From Candidatus Forterrea multitransposorum CG_2015-17_Forterrea_25_41 (GTDB lineage Archaea; Iainarchaeota; Iainarchaeia; Iainarchaeales; CSSED10-239), in assembly GCA_009392915.1 (NCBI GenBank), contig CP045477.1:416001-480000 (forward strand): a DNA stretch of 64,000 nucleotides, written 5' to 3'. This document shows, piece after piece, positions 47,607-57,132 of the stretch. The position numbers were made by a program, and so were the translations under genes. The number at the start of each line of letters is the position of its first letter. Within the stretch, counting starts at the first letter, position 1. The notes below the pieces were generated by a model. It was given only the letters and a program-made list of their open reading frames with translations, was not told the DNA's origin and did not search any database.

Positions 47607-48038
47607 TTATTCTTCTAATGAAGTTCTACCTAGATTTTTATTTACACAAACTTTATTTTCACAAGTACAATCTTCTGGAGAGTAAGCTGCCTCATACATG
47701 AAAATCATTGTACAAATTTCTGGTTTTGTAAATTCAGATTCATATTCTTTGTTTATACAAGAAGTTGGATGACAATCAGAAGGCAAAGGAATACAGTCAT
47801 CATCTATTTGACATCCTTGAAATTGATCTAAAGAATCTATTTGTTTTGTAAAAATACCACCATCTTCTGCAATACATTTTTCAGGATAACTTTCTAATAT
47901 AGGATTTCCTGCAGCAACACATTCTTCAAAATTTGTAATTATTAGCTTATCTTTTACAAAAATAACAGGAAGTAAAATTCCAAGTAAAACAACAATAATT
48001 AATAATACAACTCCTAAAATAATATATTTTTTATTCAT
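47607..48038 (-). CDS. Membrane-anchored Cys-rich extracellular protein
   Basis: An N-terminal anchor (IILGVVLLIIVVLLGILLPVIF) is followed by 10 Cys residues, including CTCENKVCVN. Confidence 0.5.
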   Translation of the reverse strand: MNKKYIILGVVLLIIVVLLGILLPVIFVKDKLIITNFEECVAAGNPILESYPEKCIAEDGGIFTKQIDSLDQFQGCQIDDDCIPLPSDCHPTSCINKEYESEFTKPEICTMIFMYEAAYSPEDCTCENKVCVNKNLGRTSLEE

Positions 48039-48084
48039 AATTATACTACACCTTTTTATTTAAAAAAAAGAAAAAAAGAAAAAA

Positions 48085-48963
48085 CTATCTTTTCTTTGAA
48101 TTCTTTTTATTTCTTGAAACTAAATAAACTATCCAACCTAAAAATGCAAATGGAATTATTACAAATAAAAATTTCAATAATGCATTTACACTATTTACAA
48201 AAGATCTTACAAGATCAGATAATTTAACAAGTGCTATATTAGAATAACTGTATTTTTCAGAAATATTTAAATTAATTGTAGAATAATCAACTCTTTGATC
48301 CATGTTCTTTAATGAATCTTCTAAATATTTAATTGTTCTTTCTTGATTAAATATTCTATCATTTAATTCTATTTTATCTGAAATTTTTTCAGCACTATTA
48401 TACATTTCTTGATATCTTAAAAGTCTTTCTCTTTCAACTTCAAGTTCAATTTCTCTATTAGTATAACTTCCAGTTATATCATTTGAATTTTCAGTAAAAT
48501 AAGTAACTTTACCAATCTCTCTTAATTGAGAAACAACAGAATCAAGTTTTGAAGATTCAACTTTAATAGAGTAAGAACCATAATATTCTTCTTTATTACC
48601 ATTTTCTCTTGTATTTAAACTTTCATTTAAAACTATTGAATCAGAAGAAGAAACAATTGACTTTACTTTTGAATCTGCAAGTTTAAATTCTCCACCTTTA
48701 ACTTCTAAAGAAAGACTAGAATTTTTTGTAATTTTTCTATCTTCAACTTCTGGTGCAAAATCTTGACTATAGCTTAAACCATAACCACCAGCATATTCCA
48801 TAGATTTAGAATACATGGCACTATCATTCATTGCAAAAGAATCTCTTGCAGAATAACTAGTTCCATTTGAAACTAAAAAAGTTAAAACTAAGAATGCAAC
48901 AACAACTAAAAGAATTATTAACCAATTTTCTTTTAATCTTATTAATTGTTCTTTAAAGCTCAT
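48085..48963 (-). CDS. DUF4349-like membrane protein
   Basis: It has an N-terminal TM and a central domain containing SIKVESSKLDSVVSQLREIGKVTYFTENSNDITGSYTNREIELEVERERL. A coiled-coil and a C-terminal TM follow, matching the remembered DUF4349 layout. Confidence 0.6.
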   Translation of the reverse strand: MSFKEQLIRLKENWLIILLVVVAFLVLTFLVSNGTSYSARDSFAMNDSAMYSKSMEYAGGYGLSYSQDFAPEVEDRKITKNSSLSLEVKGGEFKLADSKVKSIVSSSDSIVLNESLNTRENGNKEEYYGSYSIKVESSKLDSVVSQLREIGKVTYFTENSNDITGSYTNREIELEVERERLLRYQEMYNSAEKISDKIELNDRIFNQERTIKYLEDSLKNMDQRVDYSTINLNISEKYSYSNIALVKLSDLVRSFVNSVNALLKFLFVIIPFAFLGWIVYLVSRNKKNSKKR

Positions 48964-49092
48964 TTTTTTTATTCACCTCGTAACTATAAGTTTAATTAAC
49001 TAATTATTATATAAAAAGATTTAAAAAGAGGAACAAATACTTAGGAAAAAACCTTAAAGAACATTTCTTTTAAAAAATAAAAAAGATTAAAG

Positions 49093-49175
49093 CGCAGAGG
49101 ACGGGATTCGAACCCGTGTAGTCGTGAGACTCTAGCTTAGCAGGCTAGCGCGTTTGACCACTCTGCCACCTCTGC
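49093..49175 (-). tRNA. tRNA-Ser (GCU)
   Basis: The minus strand reads GCAGAGG...CTAGC-CTGCTAA-GCTAG-long variable arm-ACGGG-TTCGAAT-CCCGT-CCTCTGC-G. It is class II with anticodon GCT. Confidence 0.9.
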
Positions 49176-49247
49176 TCTATTTGTTTTATTCTTCTTATAA
49201 ACAATTAGTAAATATTTATGCTTCTAAAAGTATTTAAAGGTATTTTT

Positions 49248-50150
49248 TTATTTTTTAGAGAAAACCTTTCCTAAAAAAACCTTTTTATTAACACCATACC
49301 TTTTAACATCAATATACCCTTTACCTTCTAATTTTTTAAGGTTTCTTGAAACAGTACCTTTTGGTAAAAAACATTCTTTTGAAAGATTTTTTTGCAAAAT
49401 ACCATTCTTTTCTAAAACAATTTTAATTATTTTTTGCTCATTTTCATTAAGTCCTAAAAGAAGATCTTCAGCTTCTATTTTTTCTTTATTTGAAGAAATT
49501 AAAGATTTTTTCTTTTTTAAAATAAACTTAACTAAAACAAAAAATACAAAAAAAGAAATAAAAAATATCATAAAAAACAAAAACCAATTAAATGGTTTTT
49601 TATCAATCATAGAAGAAAAATGAATTGAATAATTAATATCAAAATAAGAAATTGGCTCATTATAAGTTACTAAAAACTTATTATCTTGTATAGTTACATT
49701 TCTATAATCTAGAGAAAGAGAAATTATTTCTGTTTTTTTAGGTAAAATTAAAGAAAAACTATCCACATATTCTTTAAAAATAGGTAAATAACTAACAGAC
49801 CAAACATTTCCATTCTTAAAAGAATAAACATCAGTTAAATAAATTATTTCAAGAGTTAAAGAATTATCTAAAATACAGCAATTATTTAGATTAATTGTTA
49901 AAGTATTAAATGAATAATTATAATTAATATCTTTATTTGTATTCTTTATCTTAAGATCATAAACAGGAATAATTGGAAGAACAATAGAATCTCCTTTTTT
50001 AATTTCTGTAAATAAAACTATATCGTTTACTTGTAAAATACCATTCTCATTAACAGTAATAGAAGTATCTATTTTTTCTATATTATATGCAAAAGAATTA
50101 ACAGAAAATAAAACAATTAATAATAATAATAAAAAATAATAATTTTTCAT
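49248..50150 (-). CDS. Membrane-tethered winged-helix regulator (signal peptide, extracellular domain, TM, cytoplasmic wHTH)
   Basis: The signal is LLLLLIVLFSVNSFA and the extracellular beta domain is ~170 aa. The TM is FNWFLFFMIFFISFFVFFVLVKFIL. The C-terminal wHTH is NENEQKIIKIVLEKNGILQKNLSKECFLPKGTVSRNLKKLEGKGYIDVKR. Confidence 0.65.
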   Translation of the reverse strand: MKNYYFLLLLLIVLFSVNSFAYNIEKIDTSITVNENGILQVNDIVLFTEIKKGDSIVLPIIPVYDLKIKNTNKDINYNYSFNTLTINLNNCCILDNSLTLEIIYLTDVYSFKNGNVWSVSYLPIFKEYVDSFSLILPKKTEIISLSLDYRNVTIQDNKFLVTYNEPISYFDINYSIHFSSMIDKKPFNWFLFFMIFFISFFVFFVLVKFILKKKKSLISSNKEKIEAEDLLLGLNENEQKIIKIVLEKNGILQKNLSKECFLPKGTVSRNLKKLEGKGYIDVKRYGVNKKVFLGKVFSKK

Positions 50151-50229
50151 AATAATATATAGTATATTAAAATATTTAAAATGTATTATTTAATTTTTAT
50201 TAAAAAAAAAAGAAAAAGAAGAGAAATAA

Positions 50230-51753
50230 CTATTCAGTTATCTCTACATCTTCAGAAGCATTTAAAGAAACATACTTTTCTCTATGTCCAAAAGGAATAA
50301 AACCAAATAACTTTCTTTGTTCTTTAACCTTTAAAACATATTCAAGTTTGCTATCTACAGAAACAAGTTCAACATTTCCAATAACATTTTCTGTTTTAAT
50401 ATTATTTTCAATTAAAACATTGTTAATTGGTTTTATTTTTCTAACCTTTTCTTGATTTGAAATATACATTTCAGTCATACTTTCATCTGTAAATACTTCA
50501 TAGTCTTCTAAAGTCTCAATTAAAACATCATCACCTTTTTCTTTTCTAAGGTCTTTTTTAGCTTCAGCATTTATTGAAACATTAGATATCTTTACTTGTT
50601 CTTGAACAATCATTCTATTTTGAAGTTTTTCTTGAGCTTTTTCTGAAAGTGTATCAATTGGAGCAAAAGCTACAACAAAATTTTCAGAAACTATTGTTTT
50701 GTAAAGAGGATCTTGACTATCAACTATTCTTCTATTAACTAAACTTACTTCAATAGAATATTTGTTATCTCTAAATTCTTTCCCAAATACTTTTTCAATT
50801 AAATCTAGATTATTTTTTATAGATACTTGATAATTATAAGTATATACTCTTCTCATTTCAGGTAATACACTATTTGCTTGATTTCTAGTAGCAACTGATG
50901 TATTTGCTGAAACTGATCCAGAACCAGAATTATTTACTTGATTTGAAGCAGAAACAGATGCTCTTACTCTTTCAATATTCTTAATAGATTCTAAATTTTG
51001 TGATGAAGAAACTTGAGTATAAACTTCAGCTTTCACAGTTGAAACATCAATTTCAGAAGATTCATTTACAGAAACACTTGAATCAATTCTTTCTGTTGGA
51101 ACTGTTATACCACCTTCACGATCTACCATTAAATAAACTACTTTATCTGATGTTGATATATCAACTAAAGGAGTCATTTTAAAAACTAAATTATATTCTT
51201 CTTTTAAAAGTTCTTTTGAAGAGATTACTCTTGCATGGATTTTTGAATTATTATAGATAAATCCAGAATTATCGTTTACAACAGGAGTAAATTTAACACT
51301 TAAACCTAATTTATTTTCAGTTACTGGAGGTTTAGGTTTTTCTATAAATTTTTCAATACCAACTTTACATTCTTGTTCAGTTTCAAAAGATCTGATATTG
51401 TTAACTCCACAACCACTTCCACATTCTACAAACTCACAAGAATATTCTATTTCAGATTCTTGATTATAATTTGTTTTAGAATCTTCTTCTTGAACATCTA
51501 CATTAGTATGAACTTCAGAAGATATTACCCACATAGGAATACAAACAGCAGGACAGATTTCATCAATATTTCCTTGAGAATTATCAATTGTATCTATATT
51601 AATATTTGCATTCATATTAAGATTAGGAGTATTATCATCAACTACAATCATTTCTGTTACATAATCTGCATTTATTGGAGGAACAGCTAAAATTCCTACA
51701 GCAAATATAAAAGCTAACAGAATAACTGAAATTATTTTTTTTATAACATTCAT
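50230..51753 (-). CDS. Secreted/anchored hypothetical protein with an N-proximal Cys cluster
   Basis: The signal/anchor is IISVILLAFIFAVGILAVPPINA. The Cys cluster is CPAVCIPMW...CEFVECGSGCG...CKVG, and an S/N/V-rich low-complexity middle follows. Confidence 0.55.
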   Translation of the reverse strand: MNVIKKIISVILLAFIFAVGILAVPPINADYVTEMIVVDDNTPNLNMNANINIDTIDNSQGNIDEICPAVCIPMWVISSEVHTNVDVQEEDSKTNYNQESEIEYSCEFVECGSGCGVNNIRSFETEQECKVGIEKFIEKPKPPVTENKLGLSVKFTPVVNDNSGFIYNNSKIHARVISSKELLKEEYNLVFKMTPLVDISTSDKVVYLMVDREGGITVPTERIDSSVSVNESSEIDVSTVKAEVYTQVSSSQNLESIKNIERVRASVSASNQVNNSGSGSVSANTSVATRNQANSVLPEMRRVYTYNYQVSIKNNLDLIEKVFGKEFRDNKYSIEVSLVNRRIVDSQDPLYKTIVSENFVVAFAPIDTLSEKAQEKLQNRMIVQEQVKISNVSINAEAKKDLRKEKGDDVLIETLEDYEVFTDESMTEMYISNQEKVRKIKPINNVLIENNIKTENVIGNVELVSVDSKLEYVLKVKEQRKLFGFIPFGHREKYVSLNASEDVEITE

Positions 51754-51986
51754 ATGTTATTACCACCTTTTTATTTTTTGTATAAAATTATATAAAAGAT
51801 TATAACTTACTTTAATTAGCCTTTTAAAAATAATTAAAGCTACATTAAGTTATAAACTACAAAATACTTATAAACTTTATTATTTAAATAGAATAGGTGA
51901 AACATTGCGAAACTTTACGAAAAATAAGCTTAAAAACCAAAGAAAACTATATAATTTTAAAAGTTTTTTAAAAATTAGATAATAAG

Positions 51987-52058
51987 CGCCCCAGGCGGGA
52001 GTCGAACCCGCCCCACAACCTTGACAGGGTCGTATCCTAACCGATAGACTACTGGGGC
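51987..52058 (-). tRNA. tRNA-Asp (GUC)
   Basis: The minus strand reads GCCCCAG-TA-GTCT..GGAT-A-CGACC-CTGTCAA-GGTTG-...-GCGGG-TTCGACT-CCCGC-CTGGGGC-G, with anticodon GTC. Confidence 0.9.
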
Positions 52059-52174
52059 TTTTTGTTAAAGATTTTAAATTTATACTAAATAAAATAGTTA
52101 AACTATAAATAAATTAATGCACAAAAACATTTATATTTGTATCTTCTAACAAAATTACATCTAAAAACCATGTA

Positions 52175-52777
52175 TTATTTTATCTTTTTTAAAAAATACC
52201 AAAAAGCAATAAATAACACTACAAAACCAACTAAAAAAATCATTAAAACATTAAAATAATTTAAAACTGATTTTGAAATCTCTTCTCCAAGCTTATAACC
52301 AAGAATTGTTAAAAAAGAAACCCATAAAAAAGATCCTAAAAAAGTGTAAAAAATAAAATCTTTTAAAGGCATTTTTGAAAAACCAGCAGGAATAGAAATA
52401 TACTGTCTTACAACAGGTATTAACCTTCCAAAAAAAGTTGCTGATTTACCATATTTTTTAAAAAACAATTCTGCTTTTTCTAGATGAGAAATATTTATAA
52501 AGAATATTCTTTGGTGTCTTAAAAGATATCTCCTTCCTAAATAATAACCTATAGAATAATTTATTAATGCACCAAAAACAGAACCTAAAGTTCCTAAAAG
52601 AATTACAAGAAATATATTTAAATTACCTACATATGCAAAAGCACCTGCAGGAACCATTATGATCTCTGAAGGAAAAGGAATAAATGAACTTTCAATAGTC
52701 ATTAATAAAAACACCAATAAATGTCCAACAAATCCTGTTAAATAATCAGACAAAAATAAAATCATTTCTTCAAACAT
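52175..52777 (-). CDS. DedA/SNARE-associated family membrane protein
   Basis: ESSFIPFPSEIIMVPAGAF and the GRLIPVVRQYISIPAG motifs are typical of DedA. Confidence 0.8.
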   Translation of the reverse strand: MFEEMILFLSDYLTGFVGHLLVFLLMTIESSFIPFPSEIIMVPAGAFAYVGNLNIFLVILLGTLGSVFGALINYSIGYYLGRRYLLRHQRIFFINISHLEKAELFFKKYGKSATFFGRLIPVVRQYISIPAGFSKMPLKDFIFYTFLGSFLWVSFLTILGYKLGEEISKSVLNYFNVLMIFLVGFVVLFIAFWYFLKKIK

Positions 52778-52805
52778 AAGTTTTCGTCATTTCTTTTTAA
52801 GATAT

Positions 52806-53510
52806 CTAAACTATATAACTAGATACAAAAAAGATTAAAAGACTTACTGGAAGTAAAAAACATAAATAAATCCAAACTTTCTTTGAATTACTATCAATCT
52901 GTGATAAATAAATTGAAGAAATTATAACATATTCAACTAAATATACAATTGCACAATAATAACTTACAATAAACAAACTAGAATTAGAAGTTAAACCAAC
53001 AACTGAAATATCAACAATTCCAGTTAAACTTTTAACCAAAGAAATTACAACCCCTAAAATCCCAGGAACAATAAAACCACCTGCAAAAAGAATAGTGTAT
53101 TTTTGCATTAAAAGAATTGAAGTTCTTTCATCAAACAATTCTCTTGATTTTAAAAAATCTTTAACTAAATTTTTATAATCTTTAGAAGTAACTGTTCCAG
53201 TAAAAACTGAATATTCTAAAAGATCTAAAAAATTTGAAAGAAAAGAAGAATTATATTTATTTTTTAAAATATTAAACACTTCTTTAGGGGTATGCCCTTT
53301 GTTTATTTTATTTAAAATTAATTTAAATTCAGAAGATATTAATTGATTACTGGAAGATGCAAGCTTTACTAAAATTACTTTTAGATCATTTGTTTTAACA
53401 AACCCAGAGATTCTTAAAACTTCATCAATTAAAGCATCTTCAAATTTCTTTCTCTTAATACTAAAAAAATAATCTCCAAATAAGTAATTTAAATACTTCA
53501 TTAATTTCAT
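52806..53510 (-). CDS. Type II secretion system F-like platform protein (TadC/FlaJ-like, single domain)
   Basis: A helical cytoplasmic N-domain is followed by 3 TM helices. It is positioned after a paralogous gene and the secretion ATPase. Confidence 0.45.
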   Translation of the reverse strand: MKLMKYLNYLFGDYFFSIKRKKFEDALIDEVLRISGFVKTNDLKVILVKLASSSNQLISSEFKLILNKINKGHTPKEVFNILKNKYNSSFLSNFLDLLEYSVFTGTVTSKDYKNLVKDFLKSRELFDERTSILLMQKYTILFAGGFIVPGILGVVISLVKSLTGIVDISVVGLTSNSSLFIVSYYCAIVYLVEYVIISSIYLSQIDSNSKKVWIYLCFLLPVSLLIFFVSSYIV

Positions 53511-53533
53511 AATTAATTAACTCTCATTTTTAT

Positions 53534-54280
53534 TTATGGAAGATTAGCTTTCATTGTTAGGAATATAAACATATCAATTATTGGAAATAAAATAACAATT
53601 ATAAAAATAACAGATAAAGGTGTAAAAGATAATTCTAAAAAATTACTACCAACTAATAAAAACATTAAAAACAAAGCAGGAACAATTGCAGAAACAACAA
53701 TATAGATTAAAGATAAAAGACTTAATTTAGTGGAATAATTTTTAATTAAATAATTTTGTTTTTCAATAATACTTGAAGATAATGTTCTTAAAGATTCAGA
53801 TTTATTTAAAGAACCAGTAGATAAAACATCTTCAATCTGATAAAAAACTCTCTTTAAATCTGAGTTTTCAACACCCACAGAAATAAAAGATTCAGAAAGA
53901 GAATAACCTAAGACATTTACTTTATATAAAACTTTTTTAATAATTTGCCCAATTAAAGAAGAATCAACTCTATTTTCTAAAGCAATTTTTAAAGAAATAT
54001 TCTTATCTAAATCATTTGCAAGGTTATTTAAGAAAAAAGGAATTTCTTTATTTATTTGTCTTTGATGATTTTGAAGCTTAATCTTGTATTTAAAAAAAAT
54101 AATAAAAAAGAACATAAAGAAAAACATAATAAATAAATTAAATAAATAACTATAAGATAAACTAATAACCACTGAATCAATTAATAAAAAAATAATTAAA
54201 ATTATTAAATAGAGAATAATAAATAACAAAAAGTTCTTTCTTGTAAATATTTCTTTCTTTAAAAAAATATAATCAATCAT
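53534..54280 (-). CDS. Type II secretion system F-like platform protein (TadB/FlaJ-like, single domain)
   Basis: TM helices flank a helical cytoplasmic domain (FFLNNLANDLDKNISLKIALENR...). It has an 8-nt overlap with the ATPase gene end. Confidence 0.5.
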   Translation of the reverse strand: MIDYIFLKKEIFTRKNFLLFIILYLIILIIFLLIDSVVISLSYSYLFNLFIMFFFMFFFIIFFKYKIKLQNHQRQINKEIPFFLNNLANDLDKNISLKIALENRVDSSLIGQIIKKVLYKVNVLGYSLSESFISVGVENSDLKRVFYQIEDVLSTGSLNKSESLRTLSSSIIEKQNYLIKNYSTKLSLLSLIYIVVSAIVPALFLMFLLVGSNFLELSFTPLSVIFIIVILFPIIDMFIFLTMKANLP

Positions 54281-56036
54281 AATCTTTTCTAATTAATATT
54301 TCATCAATTATTTTTTCTTGTTTCTTATAAACTTTAAGATAATCTTTTTTATTTTTAATATCAAATGCAAATTTTAATTTATCATAGATTTTAATAGAAT
54401 CATTAACTTTAATTAATTTATTTTTATAAATATCAAAATAAAATAAAACATTTAAAGAAATTTTTCCATCTTTATATATAACTTCACAGATTTCAGTAAT
54501 ATTTCTTAAATCAATAGATTTACCTTTTAAATATTTATTATATCTTCTTTGAGTTATAATTAAATCAATTACACCTAAATCAGTTTCTAAAACACCATAT
54601 GACTTAAACCTTAATAGAGCTTCATTAGCACTTTGAGAATGGAAAGTTGTATATGTACCTTTTGCTTGACCACAAAGCATAGATTCAATTAAATATTTTG
54701 ATTCTTCTCTACTTCTAATTTCTCCAATAACAACTCTATCAGGTCTCATTCTTAAAGTGTTTATAACTAAACTTTCAAGATTAATTCCAATCTCAGGATT
54801 TACAAGTGTAAAAACTTTATGTTTATGAGGGATATTTATCTCTCTAACTTCTTCAACAACAACAAATCTTTCATCTAAAGGAACAAAAGAAAGTAAAGTG
54901 TTTAAAGTGGTTGTTTTTCCAGAACCAGTATTTCCAACAACAATTATATTTGAATCTGTTAAAAAACAAAGACTTAAAAAAACTAAAGCTTCTTTTGAAA
55001 CTGTATTAAAAGAGATTAAATCTTTAATTGTAAATGGTTTTTGAGAAAATTTTCTAATAGTAATACAAGCACTTTCAGTTATTGGGTTTATAACTGCATT
55101 AAGTCTTGAATTATCTTTAAGATAAGTATCTAAAATTGGATTTTTTAAAGTAATATATTTATTTGAGTGCCAAGAAAGTTTATTAATTAAATCCCTTATT
55201 ACTTGAGAAGAAGAATAAGAAAGATTACTTTCAAGCCAACCATAATATTTATGATAAACATAAAGTGATTTTCCTTCTCCAATAATTACAATTTCTTCAA
55301 GATAAGGATCTTTTAATATTTCTGTTAATGGTCCATAATTATAAAGATTATTAAAAGAAATATCTATAATATAATTAAATTGATCTTCTTCAAGCTCTAT
55401 GTTATTAACATAACAATAATCAATTAATTCTTTTTCAATATCTTCTTTTATTCTTTCAGTTGAAACTTTTTCAATATATTCTGTTCTAGTTTTATAAGAA
55501 TCTAAAATAAAGTTAATAACTTCAATTTCTTGGATTGAAAGATTTTGATGAAAAATTAAATATCTTTTAGAAGAATCTTTCATTTCAAATACATTTTTAG
55601 AAATATTTCTTAAGATTTCTTTTTTTAAATCTAAAACAACATAACCTAAATATCTATTAAGAATATATTTCTTTTCATCATCAGTAAACTCATCCATTAT
55701 CTTTAATAAAGCAGGATTATTTTTATAACAAAACATAGAAAAAGAACTTAAAGCACATAAATCACATTTATAAGCTTTATTTTTTCTTAAGATAATAGCA
55801 TTATGTGGACAAGCTTTAAGACACTCACCACACCCATCACATTTTTCAGAATCAATTGCTACAACGCCTTTAGAAACATAATAAATAGCATTTTTTTTAC
55901 AAGCTTTAATACAAGGAGCATCTTTACAATTGGTACAATTGAATACACAAGAAGAGTCTTTTTTTGTAAAATTGTAAGGACAATTTAGAAAAACATCTGT
56001 ATCTTTGATAAAATCTTCTGTTTTCTTAAGATACAT
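54273..56036 (-). CDS. Type II/IV secretion (FlaI/VirB11/TadA-type) ATPase with an N-terminal 2x[4Fe-4S] ferredoxin-like domain
   Basis: The ATPase core has Walker A GNTGSGKTTTLN, FVVVEEVREI, RMRPDRVVIGEIRSREE and GTYTTFHSQSA. The N-terminal ~100 aa carries CTNCKDAPCIKAC, CDGCGECLKACPHNAI and YKCDLC. Confidence 0.85.
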   Translation of the reverse strand: MYLKKTEDFIKDTDVFLNCPYNFTKKDSSCVFNCTNCKDAPCIKACKKNAIYYVSKGVVAIDSEKCDGCGECLKACPHNAIILRKNKAYKCDLCALSSFSMFCYKNNPALLKIMDEFTDDEKKYILNRYLGYVVLDLKKEILRNISKNVFEMKDSSKRYLIFHQNLSIQEIEVINFILDSYKTRTEYIEKVSTERIKEDIEKELIDYCYVNNIELEEDQFNYIIDISFNNLYNYGPLTEILKDPYLEEIVIIGEGKSLYVYHKYYGWLESNLSYSSSQVIRDLINKLSWHSNKYITLKNPILDTYLKDNSRLNAVINPITESACITIRKFSQKPFTIKDLISFNTVSKEALVFLSLCFLTDSNIIVVGNTGSGKTTTLNTLLSFVPLDERFVVVEEVREINIPHKHKVFTLVNPEIGINLESLVINTLRMRPDRVVIGEIRSREESKYLIESMLCGQAKGTYTTFHSQSANEALLRFKSYGVLETDLGVIDLIITQRRYNKYLKGKSIDLRNITEICEVIYKDGKISLNVLFYFDIYKNKLIKVNDSIKIYDKLKFAFDIKNKKDYLKVYKKQEKIIDEILIRKDYD

Positions 56037-56140
56037 CTATAATTTAATTATAGAATAAAAAGATTAATAAATAGATCCTAAAATCTATAAAACAGGTTTT
56101 TTAAAAAGATATTTATATCTATCTATATTTAAATATAAGT

Positions 56141-57061
56141 ATGGAAGATGAATATATTATTATTTCAACAAACAAAGAAAAAGCCCAAGCAACAACAATT
56201 GCAAATAAACTAAATCTTACACTTGGAGATATTAATATAAAACAAGTTCAAGGTTCAGAAACAAGTGTTGATGTTAAAAGTTATGTAAATTATAAAAAAG
56301 TATTTTTAATATATAACATATCTCAACCAGTAAATGAATCAATAATGCAACTTTTATTTATAGCTGATGCCATAAGAAAAGAAGGTGCTGAAAAAATATA
56401 TTTAATTACTTCTTATCTTCCTTACACTAAAATAAAATATAGAACAGAATATAAATTAAATTTTAGTTTATTTTCAAGACTTTTACAAGAAACAAATATT
56501 GATAAAATATATACTTTTGGTCTTTATTCTCCAAAAATAAGTTTTTATCTTAAAATACCTCTTTACAATGTTCCTTTAATAAATCTTTTTTCAAAAGTTA
56601 TTGAAGATAATTTCACTAAAAATAAAAATCTAATAATAACTACAATAGATTATGAAATGCAAGAAACTTCAAAAGATATTGCTAAAAAAACAAAATCAGA
56701 AGTTATTTTTCCAACAAAAGACATAATTAACAATAAAATTAAATTTAATATCTCAGGAAATGTTAATGGAAAAGATATTTTAATAATTTCAGATTCAATA
56801 TTTACTGGAGAAAACATTATTGAATATTCAAACTATTTAACACTTAAGGGTGCAAAAAACATATCAGTTATAGCAACACATGGTATTTTAGATAAAAAAG
56901 CAATACCTCTAATTGAAAAATCTGTGATTAAACAAATATATGTAATTAATCATAATTATCAAAAATCAGAAAAAATAAAAATAGTTTCAACAACTAAGAT
57001 AATTGAAGAAATTATTAAAAGAACTGTAGATAAAAAGAACCTTAAAAACGTATTAAAATGA
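56141..57061 (+). CDS. Ribose-phosphate pyrophosphokinase family protein, divergent
   Basis: The overall Prs layout is present (VFLIYNISQPVNESIMQLLFIADAIRKEGAEKIYLITSYLPYTK; ISVIATHGIL). The expected DLHA-type and DDxxDTxGT-type motifs read GLYS and SDSIFTGEN. Confidence 0.6.
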   Translation: MEDEYIIISTNKEKAQATTIANKLNLTLGDINIKQVQGSETSVDVKSYVNYKKVFLIYNISQPVNESIMQLLFIADAIRKEGAEKIYLITSYLPYTKIKYRTEYKLNFSLFSRLLQETNIDKIYTFGLYSPKISFYLKIPLYNVPLINLFSKVIEDNFTKNKNLIITTIDYEMQETSKDIAKKTKSEVIFPTKDIINNKIKFNISGNVNGKDILIISDSIFTGENIIEYSNYLTLKGAKNISVIATHGILDKKAIPLIEKSVIKQIYVINHNYQKSEKIKIVSTTKIIEEIIKRTVDKKNLKNVLK

Positions 57062-57132
57062 TTTAAATATCTTTCTATACTATATAATATATACTTGTTT
57101 TTGTAAACAATAATTAAAGGTTGTGATGAAAA

